Positions 28,373-37,562 of a DNA stretch of 64,000 nucleotides are shown piece by piece. Source of the stretch: a virus; the IMG/VR virus record IMGVR_UViG_3300037461_001787, positions 32,001 through 96,000 of that record. One strand, given 5' to 3'. Within the stretch, counting starts at the first letter, position 1. The number at the start of each line of letters is the position of its first letter. The notes beneath the pieces were generated by a model. It had not been told where the DNA came from. It searched no databases and saw nothing but the letters and a program-made list of their open reading frames with translations. The position numbers and the translations under genes were made by a program.

Positions 28373-30733
28373 ATGGCAGGCGAGATCCGTACCGGGGTAG
28401 TCATTGCCGCTGAAGCGCAGGGCTTTGATGAAGCGCTCCAGAAAATCCTCAAAGTCAATGAGTCAACGCTCAAGGGCATGAAGGAACAAGCCAAGAGCTA
28501 CGACGAAGCTCAGGCAAAGATTTTGGGACTTGAGGGCCAAATCGGAAAGCTCGCCAAAACCCAAGCCTCACTCTATGAATCGATGAGTGGGATCAAGGAC
28601 AAATCTTCTGCGGCCTACAAAGCTCTGGCCGAAAGCCTGAAGGACGTGCAGGGGCAGTCGGCAGATCTGGAAGGGGCGGTCAAAAATCTGGAAAAGGCCT
28701 ACGCCGCTGAAGCGCGTGCGGTGAAAGAATTGAACCGCGCGGAAGAGCAGTTGGCCAAGACGGAAGAACGGCGCCAGCAGAACGCTGCCAGAGAGCAAGA
28801 GCGCGAGGATCAGAAGCGCAGTCAAGCGGAACAGCAGGGCAAGTGGGCTTTCACCCAGGGCTTCGCGCAGACCGCAACCCCTTGGATGGCGCCATTGTTT
28901 CTGCAGCGCGGCCCAGGATTTTTGCGCCAAGCCGCGGGGCAGATGACTGGCGCTGCGGTACGCGGGGGGCTGCAGCGCGCCGGGGCTTTTGGGGGTGCAG
29001 TATTGCAAGCGCCATTTCAAGGCGCGCAAGGGTTAGCGAGCATGATGGGGGCGCTGCCCATCCCAGGCGCTGGAATTCTCGGCGGGCTGATGGGCACTGC
29101 GACCGGATATGCCGGGCGAGCGATGGAGTGGCATCGGCAACGGCTTGAAGCGCTCCCGTATATCGGCGGCGGGCTTGAGATGGGCCAAGGGCGCGGAACG
29201 TTGGATGCGCGAACCCAATCAATCCAGAAACAGTTCAATCTGGAATACAATGCCGCAGAGAAGACAGCGATTCGAGCGACAAGTGCTGCCCGAGCGTGGG
29301 ATAAAATTGGTGGAGCAGCTAGTCTTTTGCCCCTGAACATAAGCGGATCACTTCCAGAAAACATCGATCGGCTCGCAGGGAGAGGGCCTGGGTTTCGTGA
29401 TGCAAATAAAAGACTGCGGAGCGCCAAGCTTGCCGAGATAGAAGCCAGGAAAAAGTATCCCCTGGAATCATTGTTAGCACCCGTTCGCAAAAGAGCCGAG
29501 GTTGGGCTGGAAGCGGTGCGCGCAGAACGCGGGCAGCTCAACGCGCGATATCAAGAGCCTTACTACGCTGCTCAGCGCGAAGGCCTCCAGTTCGGCATGG
29601 CCAAAGATCAGGCGCTCCAAGCGATGACTGCAATCATTCGCGGAGGCGGTGGTGGCGGGCGCGAAATGCTGAGCCAAGGCATGCTCCAGACCGGATTTGC
29701 CGCGCAGACTCTTTTCGGGATCGGTCCTGAGACTTCTGGCGCGTTCCTGCAAGCGGGGCGTCGTGGAGGTATTGTTGGGGGTCCAGGGAGAGCCGACCAG
29801 CTGATGACGCAAGCGCTTGCTGATGGTCTCAAACTCGGGCTGGAAGGCAGTGAGCTAGTCGATTACATGCAGTCGATGGCCGAGGGCATCCAGCAATGGG
29901 AGACCACGGGTATCCCGATCGCTCCAGACGCCATCAAGGCCATGGCTACGAGCTTTTCGCAAGCGGGAATTTCTGGAACCCGGGCAGCACAGATGGCGCG
30001 TGGGGCGGCAGGTTATATCCAGAATATTGGGGCCCGGGGCCCGCAGGGCGGGCTTGATCTAATGCTGCTTAACAAGATGGGCGGTTACACTGGCGTGGGC
30101 GGTGCCGCGGAATATGAGAGAGCCGTGCTCCAGATGGAGGATCTGGGTGGAAAATTGCGGGAAGGTGGAGTAGGTGCAGTGGGAGCGGACAAAGGGTTGA
30201 GCGACACCATGCGCTCGATCATGGAGATGGGTGGAGGGGGCGCGACCGGCCGGTTTTTCTTGCGCAGTGTGCTCGGCAAACAGATGGGCATCCAGATGGG
30301 GCAGCGTGAAATAGGGTTACTGGAGAAGCAGCTCACCGGCGGGAAGCTCACTCCCGAAGAACAAAAGTACGTGGATGCGGAGGCCGCTCGGCGGGCTGAA
30401 GGAGAAGGGCGTGCAGGAATAGTCGGCACACCAGGAGGGCTTATCAAGACCGCAAAAGGTGCCGTTCCGGGAGATTTGCGCTCCCAGGCCGCTATCCAGA
30501 ATCAACAGATTGCCGCTGGCGAGCAGATGATTGGAATCGTGAACCGCATGGACAAAGCTGCAGTAGATCTCGTCAAAGCATTTGCCAATCTTGCTGGGGA
30601 TAGTGGGATCATCGCGGATTTGACCAAAAAGTTCGAAAATTTTGGAGAGGCAATCGAAAAGGCGACTGGACAGAGAGATGTAACTTTCGGTGACGTTTGG
30701 GAAGCTGGAAAACAAGCGTTGGGACTGAATTGA
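28373..30733 (+). CDS. Tape measure protein
   Basis: N-terminal coiled coil, Gly/Ala-rich helical body, canonical position. Confidence 0.8.
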   Translation: MAGEIRTGVVIAAEAQGFDEALQKILKVNESTLKGMKEQAKSYDEAQAKILGLEGQIGKLAKTQASLYESMSGIKDKSSAAYKALAESLKDVQGQSADLEGAVKNLEKAYAAEARAVKELNRAEEQLAKTEERRQQNAAREQEREDQKRSQAEQQGKWAFTQGFAQTATPWMAPLFLQRGPGFLRQAAGQMTGAAVRGGLQRAGAFGGAVLQAPFQGAQGLASMMGALPIPGAGILGGLMGTATGYAGRAMEWHRQRLEALPYIGGGLEMGQGRGTLDARTQSIQKQFNLEYNAAEKTAIRATSAARAWDKIGGAASLLPLNISGSLPENIDRLAGRGPGFRDANKRLRSAKLAEIEARKKYPLESLLAPVRKRAEVGLEAVRAERGQLNARYQEPYYAAQREGLQFGMAKDQALQAMTAIIRGGGGGGREMLSQGMLQTGFAAQTLFGIGPETSGAFLQAGRRGGIVGGPGRADQLMTQALADGLKLGLEGSELVDYMQSMAEGIQQWETTGIPIAPDAIKAMATSFSQAGISGTRAAQMARGAAGYIQNIGARGPQGGLDLMLLNKMGGYTGVGGAAEYERAVLQMEDLGGKLREGGVGAVGADKGLSDTMRSIMEMGGGGATGRFFLRSVLGKQMGIQMGQREIGLLEKQLTGGKLTPEEQKYVDAEAARRAEGEGRAGIVGTPGGLIKTAKGAVPGDLRSQAAIQNQQIAAGEQMIGIVNRMDKAAVDLVKAFANLAGDSGIIADLTKKFENFGEAIEKATGQRDVTFGDVWEAGKQALGLN

Positions 30734-30734
30734 C

Positions 30735-32234
30735 ATGGCCAACGTTTATAAAACTGGATATCAAGGCAGTGAGACCAGCTGGGTGGAGGTCATTCTTTAC
30801 TCGCATGGCGATGATCCGTTGGTCATGCTGCCGGATGGAATGGGCCGATATCCATTTTCTGGAAAACGCGCAGACTCAAGGCACCCATCGCTGGTCTCGG
30901 TATCGACGCAAAAGATGCTTGGAGCTGCGAGCGGCTCTTTTACGATCGACATCAAACCGTCGCTTGCGGCAGCGAACCTTTTTCAACATATCTGCGATGA
31001 CGACTGGGTGGACATTGTTTTCTACCGCCACTCTCAGCCGTGGCATGTGATGCGCGGGTTGATTGACGAAATTAGACGCAACCGTTCGGTGGGGGGCTCT
31101 GGGGCGACAACGCGAAGCTACACGCTCACGGGGCGGGATTTTGCCAAGATTTGGGAGATCACCCCGGTGTGGTTTTCACCTTGTGGTGATAAGGACATGG
31201 TTTCTGATGCGTGGGCTACGATGATTTTTCAAGCGATCCCGAGTTTGCGCGGAACGCCGCCGGAGGCAGTCAAAGCGTTTCTCTGGAATTTTATGGAGGC
31301 AGTGACGGTCACTGCGGGGGTCAATTGGGAGATGCCTGCAGGCATGCCCAATGGGGGTGGATCATTTTTGAAATGGGTGCAGTTCAATGACAATCACTAC
31401 TATAACACCCCTGCGCGAAAGTCTTTCAATCCAAATTTTCTGGACCCGAATAACACTCTTTGGGCGACGGCACAACAGCATGCTGATCCAGCGTTTGTTG
31501 AGGTCTACGCGGACATGCTGCCGGATGGCGGGCCATTTGATGCGCGCTTGCAATCGGGGGAACCCCTTGCTCCAAAAGATGCGCGAATGACTGTGGTGGT
31601 GCGCGATCGGCCTTTTCCTGTGGTGGACCCATTGATCGATTCCTGGCCGATCAGTTGGGACGCGGTGCCGCAGTTCACGGTGTTTCGACAGCAAATCGTC
31701 ACTGACAATGTGGGGCGCTCGGGATTGGAGCGATTCAATGCTTTCTTTGTCGCTAGTCAGCTTCATCAAGAGGCTTTTGGCCAAAATTCACTCAACATTC
31801 TCACTCCGCTGGTAGACTTCCAGTCGCTGCATCGGCATGGGTTGCGACGTTTTGATGTGCAGTCTTCGATGAGCCCTGATCAGCTCGACTTCTCCAAACT
31901 TTGTGAACAACAGCGGCGAATTGCAAAAGATTGGCATTGTTTGAATCCATACTTTTTATCAGGAACCATCAATCTTGGTATTGGGAGACCGGATATCAAG
32001 ATCGGCTGTAAGGTGCGTATTCCTGGTGAGCACGGGGAACGTGATCAAGAAACCTATTACATCGAATCGGTGGGGCACAACTGGCGCTTTGGTCAGGGCA
32101 TACGCACTGCGCTGGGCGTCACTCGGGGGTGGATGGGTTCGGATCAATCGATGGTAGCAGCTCTCCAGCAAATGTCGGCCCGCTACCAGGAACCACAGTT
32201 GTTGACGGACGTTTCTTGGTTACAATGGCAATGA
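30735..32234 (+). CDS. Baseplate hub / tail protein
   Basis: SGSFTI..DWVDI..MRGLIDEI..TLTGRDFAK..GRPDIKIG..YYIESVGHNW..LGVTRG. Confidence 0.75.
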   Translation: MANVYKTGYQGSETSWVEVILYSHGDDPLVMLPDGMGRYPFSGKRADSRHPSLVSVSTQKMLGAASGSFTIDIKPSLAAANLFQHICDDDWVDIVFYRHSQPWHVMRGLIDEIRRNRSVGGSGATTRSYTLTGRDFAKIWEITPVWFSPCGDKDMVSDAWATMIFQAIPSLRGTPPEAVKAFLWNFMEAVTVTAGVNWEMPAGMPNGGGSFLKWVQFNDNHYYNTPARKSFNPNFLDPNNTLWATAQQHADPAFVEVYADMLPDGGPFDARLQSGEPLAPKDARMTVVVRDRPFPVVDPLIDSWPISWDAVPQFTVFRQQIVTDNVGRSGLERFNAFFVASQLHQEAFGQNSLNILTPLVDFQSLHRHGLRRFDVQSSMSPDQLDFSKLCEQQRRIAKDWHCLNPYFLSGTINLGIGRPDIKIGCKVRIPGEHGERDQETYYIESVGHNWRFGQGIRTALGVTRGWMGSDQSMVAALQQMSARYQEPQLLTDVSWLQWQ

Positions 32235-32241
32235 GGTAAGT

Positions 32242-33303
32242 ATGGGTACTGAAGATACATATAAGTCTGTGCGTACTCGGGCTGGCACTTTGTTGCAGTC
32301 AGCTGTCCCGAAGCGCCAAATTGGGGCGCTGCGGGCCAATGGGCTGCTTCTGCGTGGGGTGGTGACCGCTACCTATGTCCTGGACGACCCCCACCATCCC
32401 TATGCCTCTGAGGGCGCGCTACAGCCGGGGGATAAGGGGGCTACTCCAGTCGGGGTTTACTGCGATGTGCTCCTTTTCCCTTCCATCCCTGGCCAACGTT
32501 GGGTTGGGTTGACCAATGTGATGGTCATGCAGGAAGGTGGATCGGGATTGCACGCAGGCAGAATCTGGATGCCCCGGCCTTCACGAGTGGACTTGCATCA
32601 AGGGATTTGCCCGACCTCGGACCCGGCGTACATGGACGGGGATCATGTCATTGTCGGATTCCTGAATGATTCTATGGAAATGCCGGTAATTTTGGGCGCT
32701 CTTCCCCACCCGGTGCTCGATTTGGGCAGACGAGACGAGGACCTCGGAGTGCGGATGGGGGTGAAGCTGGCTGATGGGAACCCTGATTTGCGCCGGCACA
32801 ATGGGGTGCACTGGGGCGTCGATGGGTTGGGAAATTGGCTGCTTGATACCCGGAGAGCTGGTGATGGCAGTCTGGAGCAGGATGGCACTGAGAAGCTCTA
32901 TCCGACAGATGCCACCAAGGGGAATCAGACACTCAATCTGCCCAAAGAGGCCAAGCTGCAGGTGGCCATCTACGACATGGATGATCCAGATAACCCTACT
33001 GAACTTGCCAGGTTAGTGTTCCAGAAAACGGGTTTAGAAGTAACTCTGGAAGGAGATCCGGAGTGGCGAGTGGAAGGCAGTGCGGAGACAGCCAAACTCA
33101 TTCTTGGTGATGGGGCAGTCCAGGTGGCGATAGCTGACCACTTGAAAACACTGTACAATTCGTTGAAATCAAAGCTAGATGCCTTTGACGCGCATGTACA
33201 CCCACATCCGCAGGGGCCCACATCGGCGACGACTACGCCGATTGCAGCGCCAGAATGGGATGAGGGTATAGAGTCAAATCATTTACTAATTCCAGATGGT
33301 TAG
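32242..33303 (+). CDS. Baseplate central spike (gpV/Gp5-like)
   Basis: OB-fold GDHVIVGFLND..PVILG and C-terminal HVH metal-binding apex (FDAHVHPHPQGPTS). Confidence 0.75.
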   Translation: MGTEDTYKSVRTRAGTLLQSAVPKRQIGALRANGLLLRGVVTATYVLDDPHHPYASEGALQPGDKGATPVGVYCDVLLFPSIPGQRWVGLTNVMVMQEGGSGLHAGRIWMPRPSRVDLHQGICPTSDPAYMDGDHVIVGFLNDSMEMPVILGALPHPVLDLGRRDEDLGVRMGVKLADGNPDLRRHNGVHWGVDGLGNWLLDTRRAGDGSLEQDGTEKLYPTDATKGNQTLNLPKEAKLQVAIYDMDDPDNPTELARLVFQKTGLEVTLEGDPEWRVEGSAETAKLILGDGAVQVAIADHLKTLYNSLKSKLDAFDAHVHPHPQGPTSATTTPIAAPEWDEGIESNHLLIPDG

Positions 33304-33399
33304 CACGGATATGGTTATCATTGCCTTTACAGCGCGGTATCACTCGGTATATTGGAATGACCTTGGTTGTGGGGCCATTCTAGTTGCCCGATGCTGTTT

Positions 33400-33437
33400 G
33401 ACACCCGGCGCTGTTTTCCACGGCGGCGCCGGGTGTC
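33400..33437. promoter_or_regulatory. Perfect 12-bp GC-rich inverted repeat upstream of the baseplate gene
   Basis: GACACCCGGCGC ... GCGCCGGGTGTC with no U-tract. Confidence 0.6.
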
Positions 33438-33458
33438 GATCGCTTGAGGAGAACGCGG

Positions 33459-35435
33459 ATGGCCTTCACCGACAACATTCCTGGTAGGGCAATCGCCCAA
33501 TTCAAAGAGGTCGCGCGTCAGAAGCAAAACAAGGACGATTATTTCTACAAACGGTTGCTCTACTATTTCGAGTTGCGCGTACCGACGAGCATTGCGGCGC
33601 AAATCGGTAACGAGCCGTTTCTCTTTCCGTTGGTCATTCCGCCGCAAAACTATTCGATGAGCGAGCCTTTCGCTGTGGAGGTGACGCAGACGCAAGGGGG
33701 TGGAGTTTACGTGGAAGAAAACGGCATCATCGTGCGCACCATCCGTTTGTCGGGGCACACTGGATGGCGGCCACGAACGCTACCGTTGAAACGGTCTGTA
33801 GCGTTGTCGCTGGAGAAGACGGATAAGAATTATAGCCGCGCATTGCAACCCACTTGGGTTGGGGCGCTTTCTGGGCAACGGCATTTCCAGTATCTCCAGG
33901 ATTCGGTTTTCCGCACTTATGGGGATTTGAAACGCAATCCCGAGACTGCGGCGGACACAAAACTGATCTTCCACAATCCTCGGGATCAGGAAGACTGGGA
34001 GGTGATCCCTCAGCGTTTCGATCTGACGCGCACTGCGGGGGAGCCGCTCCTCTATCGCTATGACATTGAGCTACTCGCTGTGGGCCCGGCTGAGGATGTC
34101 AAAGCAGACTTTTCGGAAGATCAATCCGTCTTTGACGCGATCAAAGACAAATTGGCTTGGGTAAAGGCGGGCGCTGATTGGGTGCGAGGAGCCGTGAGCG
34201 ATTTGACTGCGTTGGTCAATGAAGTGCGCTTGTACGTGCAAAACATCAACGTCATCCTGGATTCAGTGAATGCTATTTTGAAAGCAGTGGATGATTTTCT
34301 GGATGGGAGTACTGTGCTCATCCAAGCCCCTTACGCTTTTCTGGAAACGACCATCGATATTGTAGAAAACGCGCTGGAGATCGAAAACTCTGCTCAAGAG
34401 ATGCGGGATGCGGCCGGCGCAATCTCGAATTTTCCAGAAGTTGCACGGCAGAAGCTACGGCAAGTGCAAGACGGGCTGGAACGGTTGGGGACTACGCCAG
34501 AAAAATGGGAGCGTGGGAATGACACAGTGATGGAGGACATTCGCAGATTCCAAGAAATGCGCCGGAGAGTAAGCGCGCAGAGGCGCGCAGAGGCGCGCGC
34601 GGGAGTTTCGCCTGCGACCTTCAATGATTTGCGCAATTGGGGCAGCAAGCTCACCCCAGGCGAAGAAATCGCGATCGATGGCGAGTTTGTGATCGGCGGG
34701 GAGACCTTCAAATTCCGATCAGCTCGTTTGGTTGTCGTGGGCCAAGGGGATACGCTCATGTCCCTTGCCGCTCAGTATCTGGGAGATGCCCGCAAATGGC
34801 AGTACATCGCTATCATCAATGGGCTTCAACCGCCTTTCACCAATGCGCAGGCTTCAGCTCCATTGGTTGGAGTTCGAATTTCTGGAACAACCAGTGGGGT
34901 AGATGCGGGACCGTTTCCGCAGGCGATAGGTGTTGGTTCAAAGATTCTGATTCCCAGCAATCAGATCTCAGTGATCGATTTACCCGTGCTACCCATTGCC
35001 GGGGTCCAGCTCAACGAACCAGCCGAGAATCATCTGTTGGGAGTCGATTTTGCGTTAGAGGTGGCCGTGGGCCATACCGGAGAACGCAATGCGCGGTATG
35101 ACATCGCGATTGACATCGATATGGGTTCGGTGGATGCCAAATTGGTTGAGGGCAGAGCCAACATCAAGCAGGCTGTTTTTCAGCGCTTGGTCATCGACCG
35201 TGGGACTGATACCTTATACAAGAATGTCGGTTTGCGCCGTGTGGTGGGCTTGGGATTGGCCACCGTAGATATCGAGATGGCGCGATTTCGCGTAGTAGAA
35301 GCGGTGCGCGCGGATCCTCGCATTGTGGGAGTAGAGGATGTAGCGTTCAATGTTGAAGATGACATTTTCGAAACCGACTTGACTGTCTCGGTGCGTGGTT
35401 CAGCCGAATCTATCGCGATCAAGGCAGCGGTGTAG
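33459..35435 (+). CDS. Baseplate fusion protein: tube-initiator-like + LysM + gp25/W-like
   Basis: LysM VGQGDTLMSLAAQYLGDARKW..IAIINGL; C-terminal VEGRANIKQA..DPRI gp25-like region. Confidence 0.75.
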   Translation: MAFTDNIPGRAIAQFKEVARQKQNKDDYFYKRLLYYFELRVPTSIAAQIGNEPFLFPLVIPPQNYSMSEPFAVEVTQTQGGGVYVEENGIIVRTIRLSGHTGWRPRTLPLKRSVALSLEKTDKNYSRALQPTWVGALSGQRHFQYLQDSVFRTYGDLKRNPETAADTKLIFHNPRDQEDWEVIPQRFDLTRTAGEPLLYRYDIELLAVGPAEDVKADFSEDQSVFDAIKDKLAWVKAGADWVRGAVSDLTALVNEVRLYVQNINVILDSVNAILKAVDDFLDGSTVLIQAPYAFLETTIDIVENALEIENSAQEMRDAAGAISNFPEVARQKLRQVQDGLERLGTTPEKWERGNDTVMEDIRRFQEMRRRVSAQRRAEARAGVSPATFNDLRNWGSKLTPGEEIAIDGEFVIGGETFKFRSARLVVVGQGDTLMSLAAQYLGDARKWQYIAIINGLQPPFTNAQASAPLVGVRISGTTSGVDAGPFPQAIGVGSKILIPSNQISVIDLPVLPIAGVQLNEPAENHLLGVDFALEVAVGHTGERNARYDIAIDIDMGSVDAKLVEGRANIKQAVFQRLVIDRGTDTLYKNVGLRRVVGLGLATVDIEMARFRVVEAVRADPRIVGVEDVAFNVEDDIFETDLTVSVRGSAESIAIKAAV

Positions 35436-35446
35436 AAGGAGCGGCG

Positions 35447-36859
35447 ATGCCGGTTTTTACTACCAAGAGGTATGAGCAGTTTTTGGCGCAAATGATTGCG
35501 AAAGTAGTCACCCGCACCAAACTCTCGGATATCTCAGATACGTCAGTAGTCAAGCATGTGCTGGCCGCTACGGCCCGCCAGCTCGATGAGATCAGCTACC
35601 AGATGTATCTTCTGCGCCAGATTTTTTCGATCGACACTGCCACTGGCGATGATCTGGATGAACGGGCAGCTGAAATTCAGCCGGCGCTCATTTCCAGAAA
35701 TCAGCCGGCAAAGGCGACTGGGCTGTTGGTATTTTCCAGAAATTCGCCCATAGGCACCGTGGTCATTCCAGTCGGGACAAGAGTGCGCACTTCGACAGGC
35801 ACTGAGTTTGTCACAACGGTTGCGGGGTCGATTACTCCGACCAGCCCAGAGCAAATCAGTGGGCATGGAATTGGTGCCGATTCTGGACAGATTGCCGCGC
35901 AAGCGTCGCTGCCCGGTCTTTCTGGAAATGCTGCGGCTAATACGGTTGTCCGATTTGTCTCTCGCCCTTCTGGGGTAGATAGTGTGACTAATCAAACCGC
36001 ATTCGCCTGGGGCACAGACAAAGAGAGCGACGACAGCTTTCGGAATCGCATCAAACGATTTGTTGCGTCTCTTGGGCGATCTACTGTGGAATCCATTGAG
36101 GATGCGGTACGTGGAGTGATTGATCCCGCTACTGGAGCCACCATCCTGTTTGTGAAAGCGGTCGAAGATATCGTCAATCCGGGGCATGTGATGTTGTACA
36201 TCGACGATGGTACCGGGGCGGCAGAATCAACAGAAGTGGTGGTGGACGAGATCGTGACGGAAGGTCTCGCTGGCCCTCCAGCCGGTTCAGCGGTGGGTGG
36301 AGAGACACGGCTCTACTTAGACTACGCAGCGATCAAAGATGCAGCTGGATTCACGTTGGTGAGTAACTACCGTGGAGAGTTGGAGCGCGGGGTAGACTTC
36401 TGGTTGAATGCGGCTTCAGGGCAGCTTGTTTTTGACCCCGCATTGACCGCGGGGGAAATTTTGACTGCCAACTACACCCGCTATACTGGGCTCATTGCGC
36501 TTGCACAGAAGATTGTCGATGGCGATGCCAATGACCGCGCGAATTATCCGGGGTATCGTGCGGCGGGTGTGTTGGTCATCGTTGCGACCCCGCAGGTGCT
36601 GATTCAAACCGTCAGTGCTGTGGTCACAGTTCAGGATGGATACGATCTGGAGGAAGTTCGGGCGGCTCTCAAATCTGCTATTCGCGATTATATCAACACG
36701 CTCGGCATTTCTGGGGATATGCTGCGAGCGCAGTTGATCAAACAGATCATGAGCACAGCAGGAGTCTACAACGTAAATTTGGTGGCTCCAGCAACGGATG
36801 TTATTTTGCTCGACGATCAGATTGCGCGTGTCACGGACGAAAACATCGTCATCGGCTAG
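35447..36859 (+). CDS. Baseplate J-like protein
   Basis: IDTATGDDLD..ATG..F..GN..GVDSVTN..GTDKESDDSFRNR. Confidence 0.9.
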   Translation: MPVFTTKRYEQFLAQMIAKVVTRTKLSDISDTSVVKHVLAATARQLDEISYQMYLLRQIFSIDTATGDDLDERAAEIQPALISRNQPAKATGLLVFSRNSPIGTVVIPVGTRVRTSTGTEFVTTVAGSITPTSPEQISGHGIGADSGQIAAQASLPGLSGNAAANTVVRFVSRPSGVDSVTNQTAFAWGTDKESDDSFRNRIKRFVASLGRSTVESIEDAVRGVIDPATGATILFVKAVEDIVNPGHVMLYIDDGTGAAESTEVVVDEIVTEGLAGPPAGSAVGGETRLYLDYAAIKDAAGFTLVSNYRGELERGVDFWLNAASGQLVFDPALTAGEILTANYTRYTGLIALAQKIVDGDANDRANYPGYRAAGVLVIVATPQVLIQTVSAVVTVQDGYDLEEVRAALKSAIRDYINTLGISGDMLRAQLIKQIMSTAGVYNVNLVAPATDVILLDDQIARVTDENIVIG

Positions 36860-36868
36860 GAGATTTCG

Positions 36869-37282
36869 ATGAGTCTAACCCTATTTTCATTTTCTCCGTT
36901 GATTGTGCCTGATGCAGGAGGAGTGCTCGTAGAAATGCGTGGATCGTTTGTCATGGGGCATCGGCATCGCGCGCGTATTGGAGATACTCTGCTCCCGATA
37001 GATCCTAAATGTTATTCCGGAATACCCGGGCAAGGAGATATTCTTTACCCACTTACCGAAAATACTTTGCGGGCTTACTCGCCTCGGTTGCGGCACACCG
37101 CAGGAGTAGCAGCGCCGTATTCGGTGTTGCTGGTGGACTTGGAGACTTTGGAACAAGGGATACTGATGAATGTGGTGGAAGTATGCCGTCAAAGTTATTC
37201 GGATGCAACGTATGCACTTCGGAAGGTTTTGCCGTTGCACTACCTGACCGGGGCAAGAGATATTAGCCAAGAAAAAGTTTGA
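36869..37282 (+). CDS. Hypothetical protein (IPT/TIG-like baseplate component)
   Basis: FSP..P.AGG..V..G.F pattern; AGGAG RBS. Confidence 0.5.
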   Translation: MSLTLFSFSPLIVPDAGGVLVEMRGSFVMGHRHRARIGDTLLPIDPKCYSGIPGQGDILYPLTENTLRAYSPRLRHTAGVAAPYSVLLVDLETLEQGILMNVVEVCRQSYSDATYALRKVLPLHYLTGARDISQEKV

Positions 37283-37310
37283 GCCAATTTTTAGAAAGAA
37301 AGGATCCGCC

Positions 37311-37559
37311 ATGCCGGTCAACGTGAGGCAAATCGCAATTCAATTTTCCTGCATCTATCGAGAGACCGATCAAGTCTATTATCCGGATCTGGATTTCGTC
37401 GGGGTGCAAGTCGAATCGGACCGGGGAACGCTTTCTTTCCCGATTCAGCTCACCACAGAGATGCGCAACAAAGTATTTCAGGCAACCAATGCCGAGGGAG
37501 AATTTGTCCACGATCTTTGCGCAGCGATCAAGGCATTCCTTTCCGGCCAGGAGGGATGA
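37311..37559 (+). CDS. Hypothetical protein
   Basis: AAGGA RBS; gene packing. Confidence 0.55.
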   Translation: MPVNVRQIAIQFSCIYRETDQVYYPDLDFVGVQVESDRGTLSFPIQLTTEMRNKVFQATNAEGEFVHDLCAAIKAFLSGQEG

Positions 37560-37562
37560 GCC

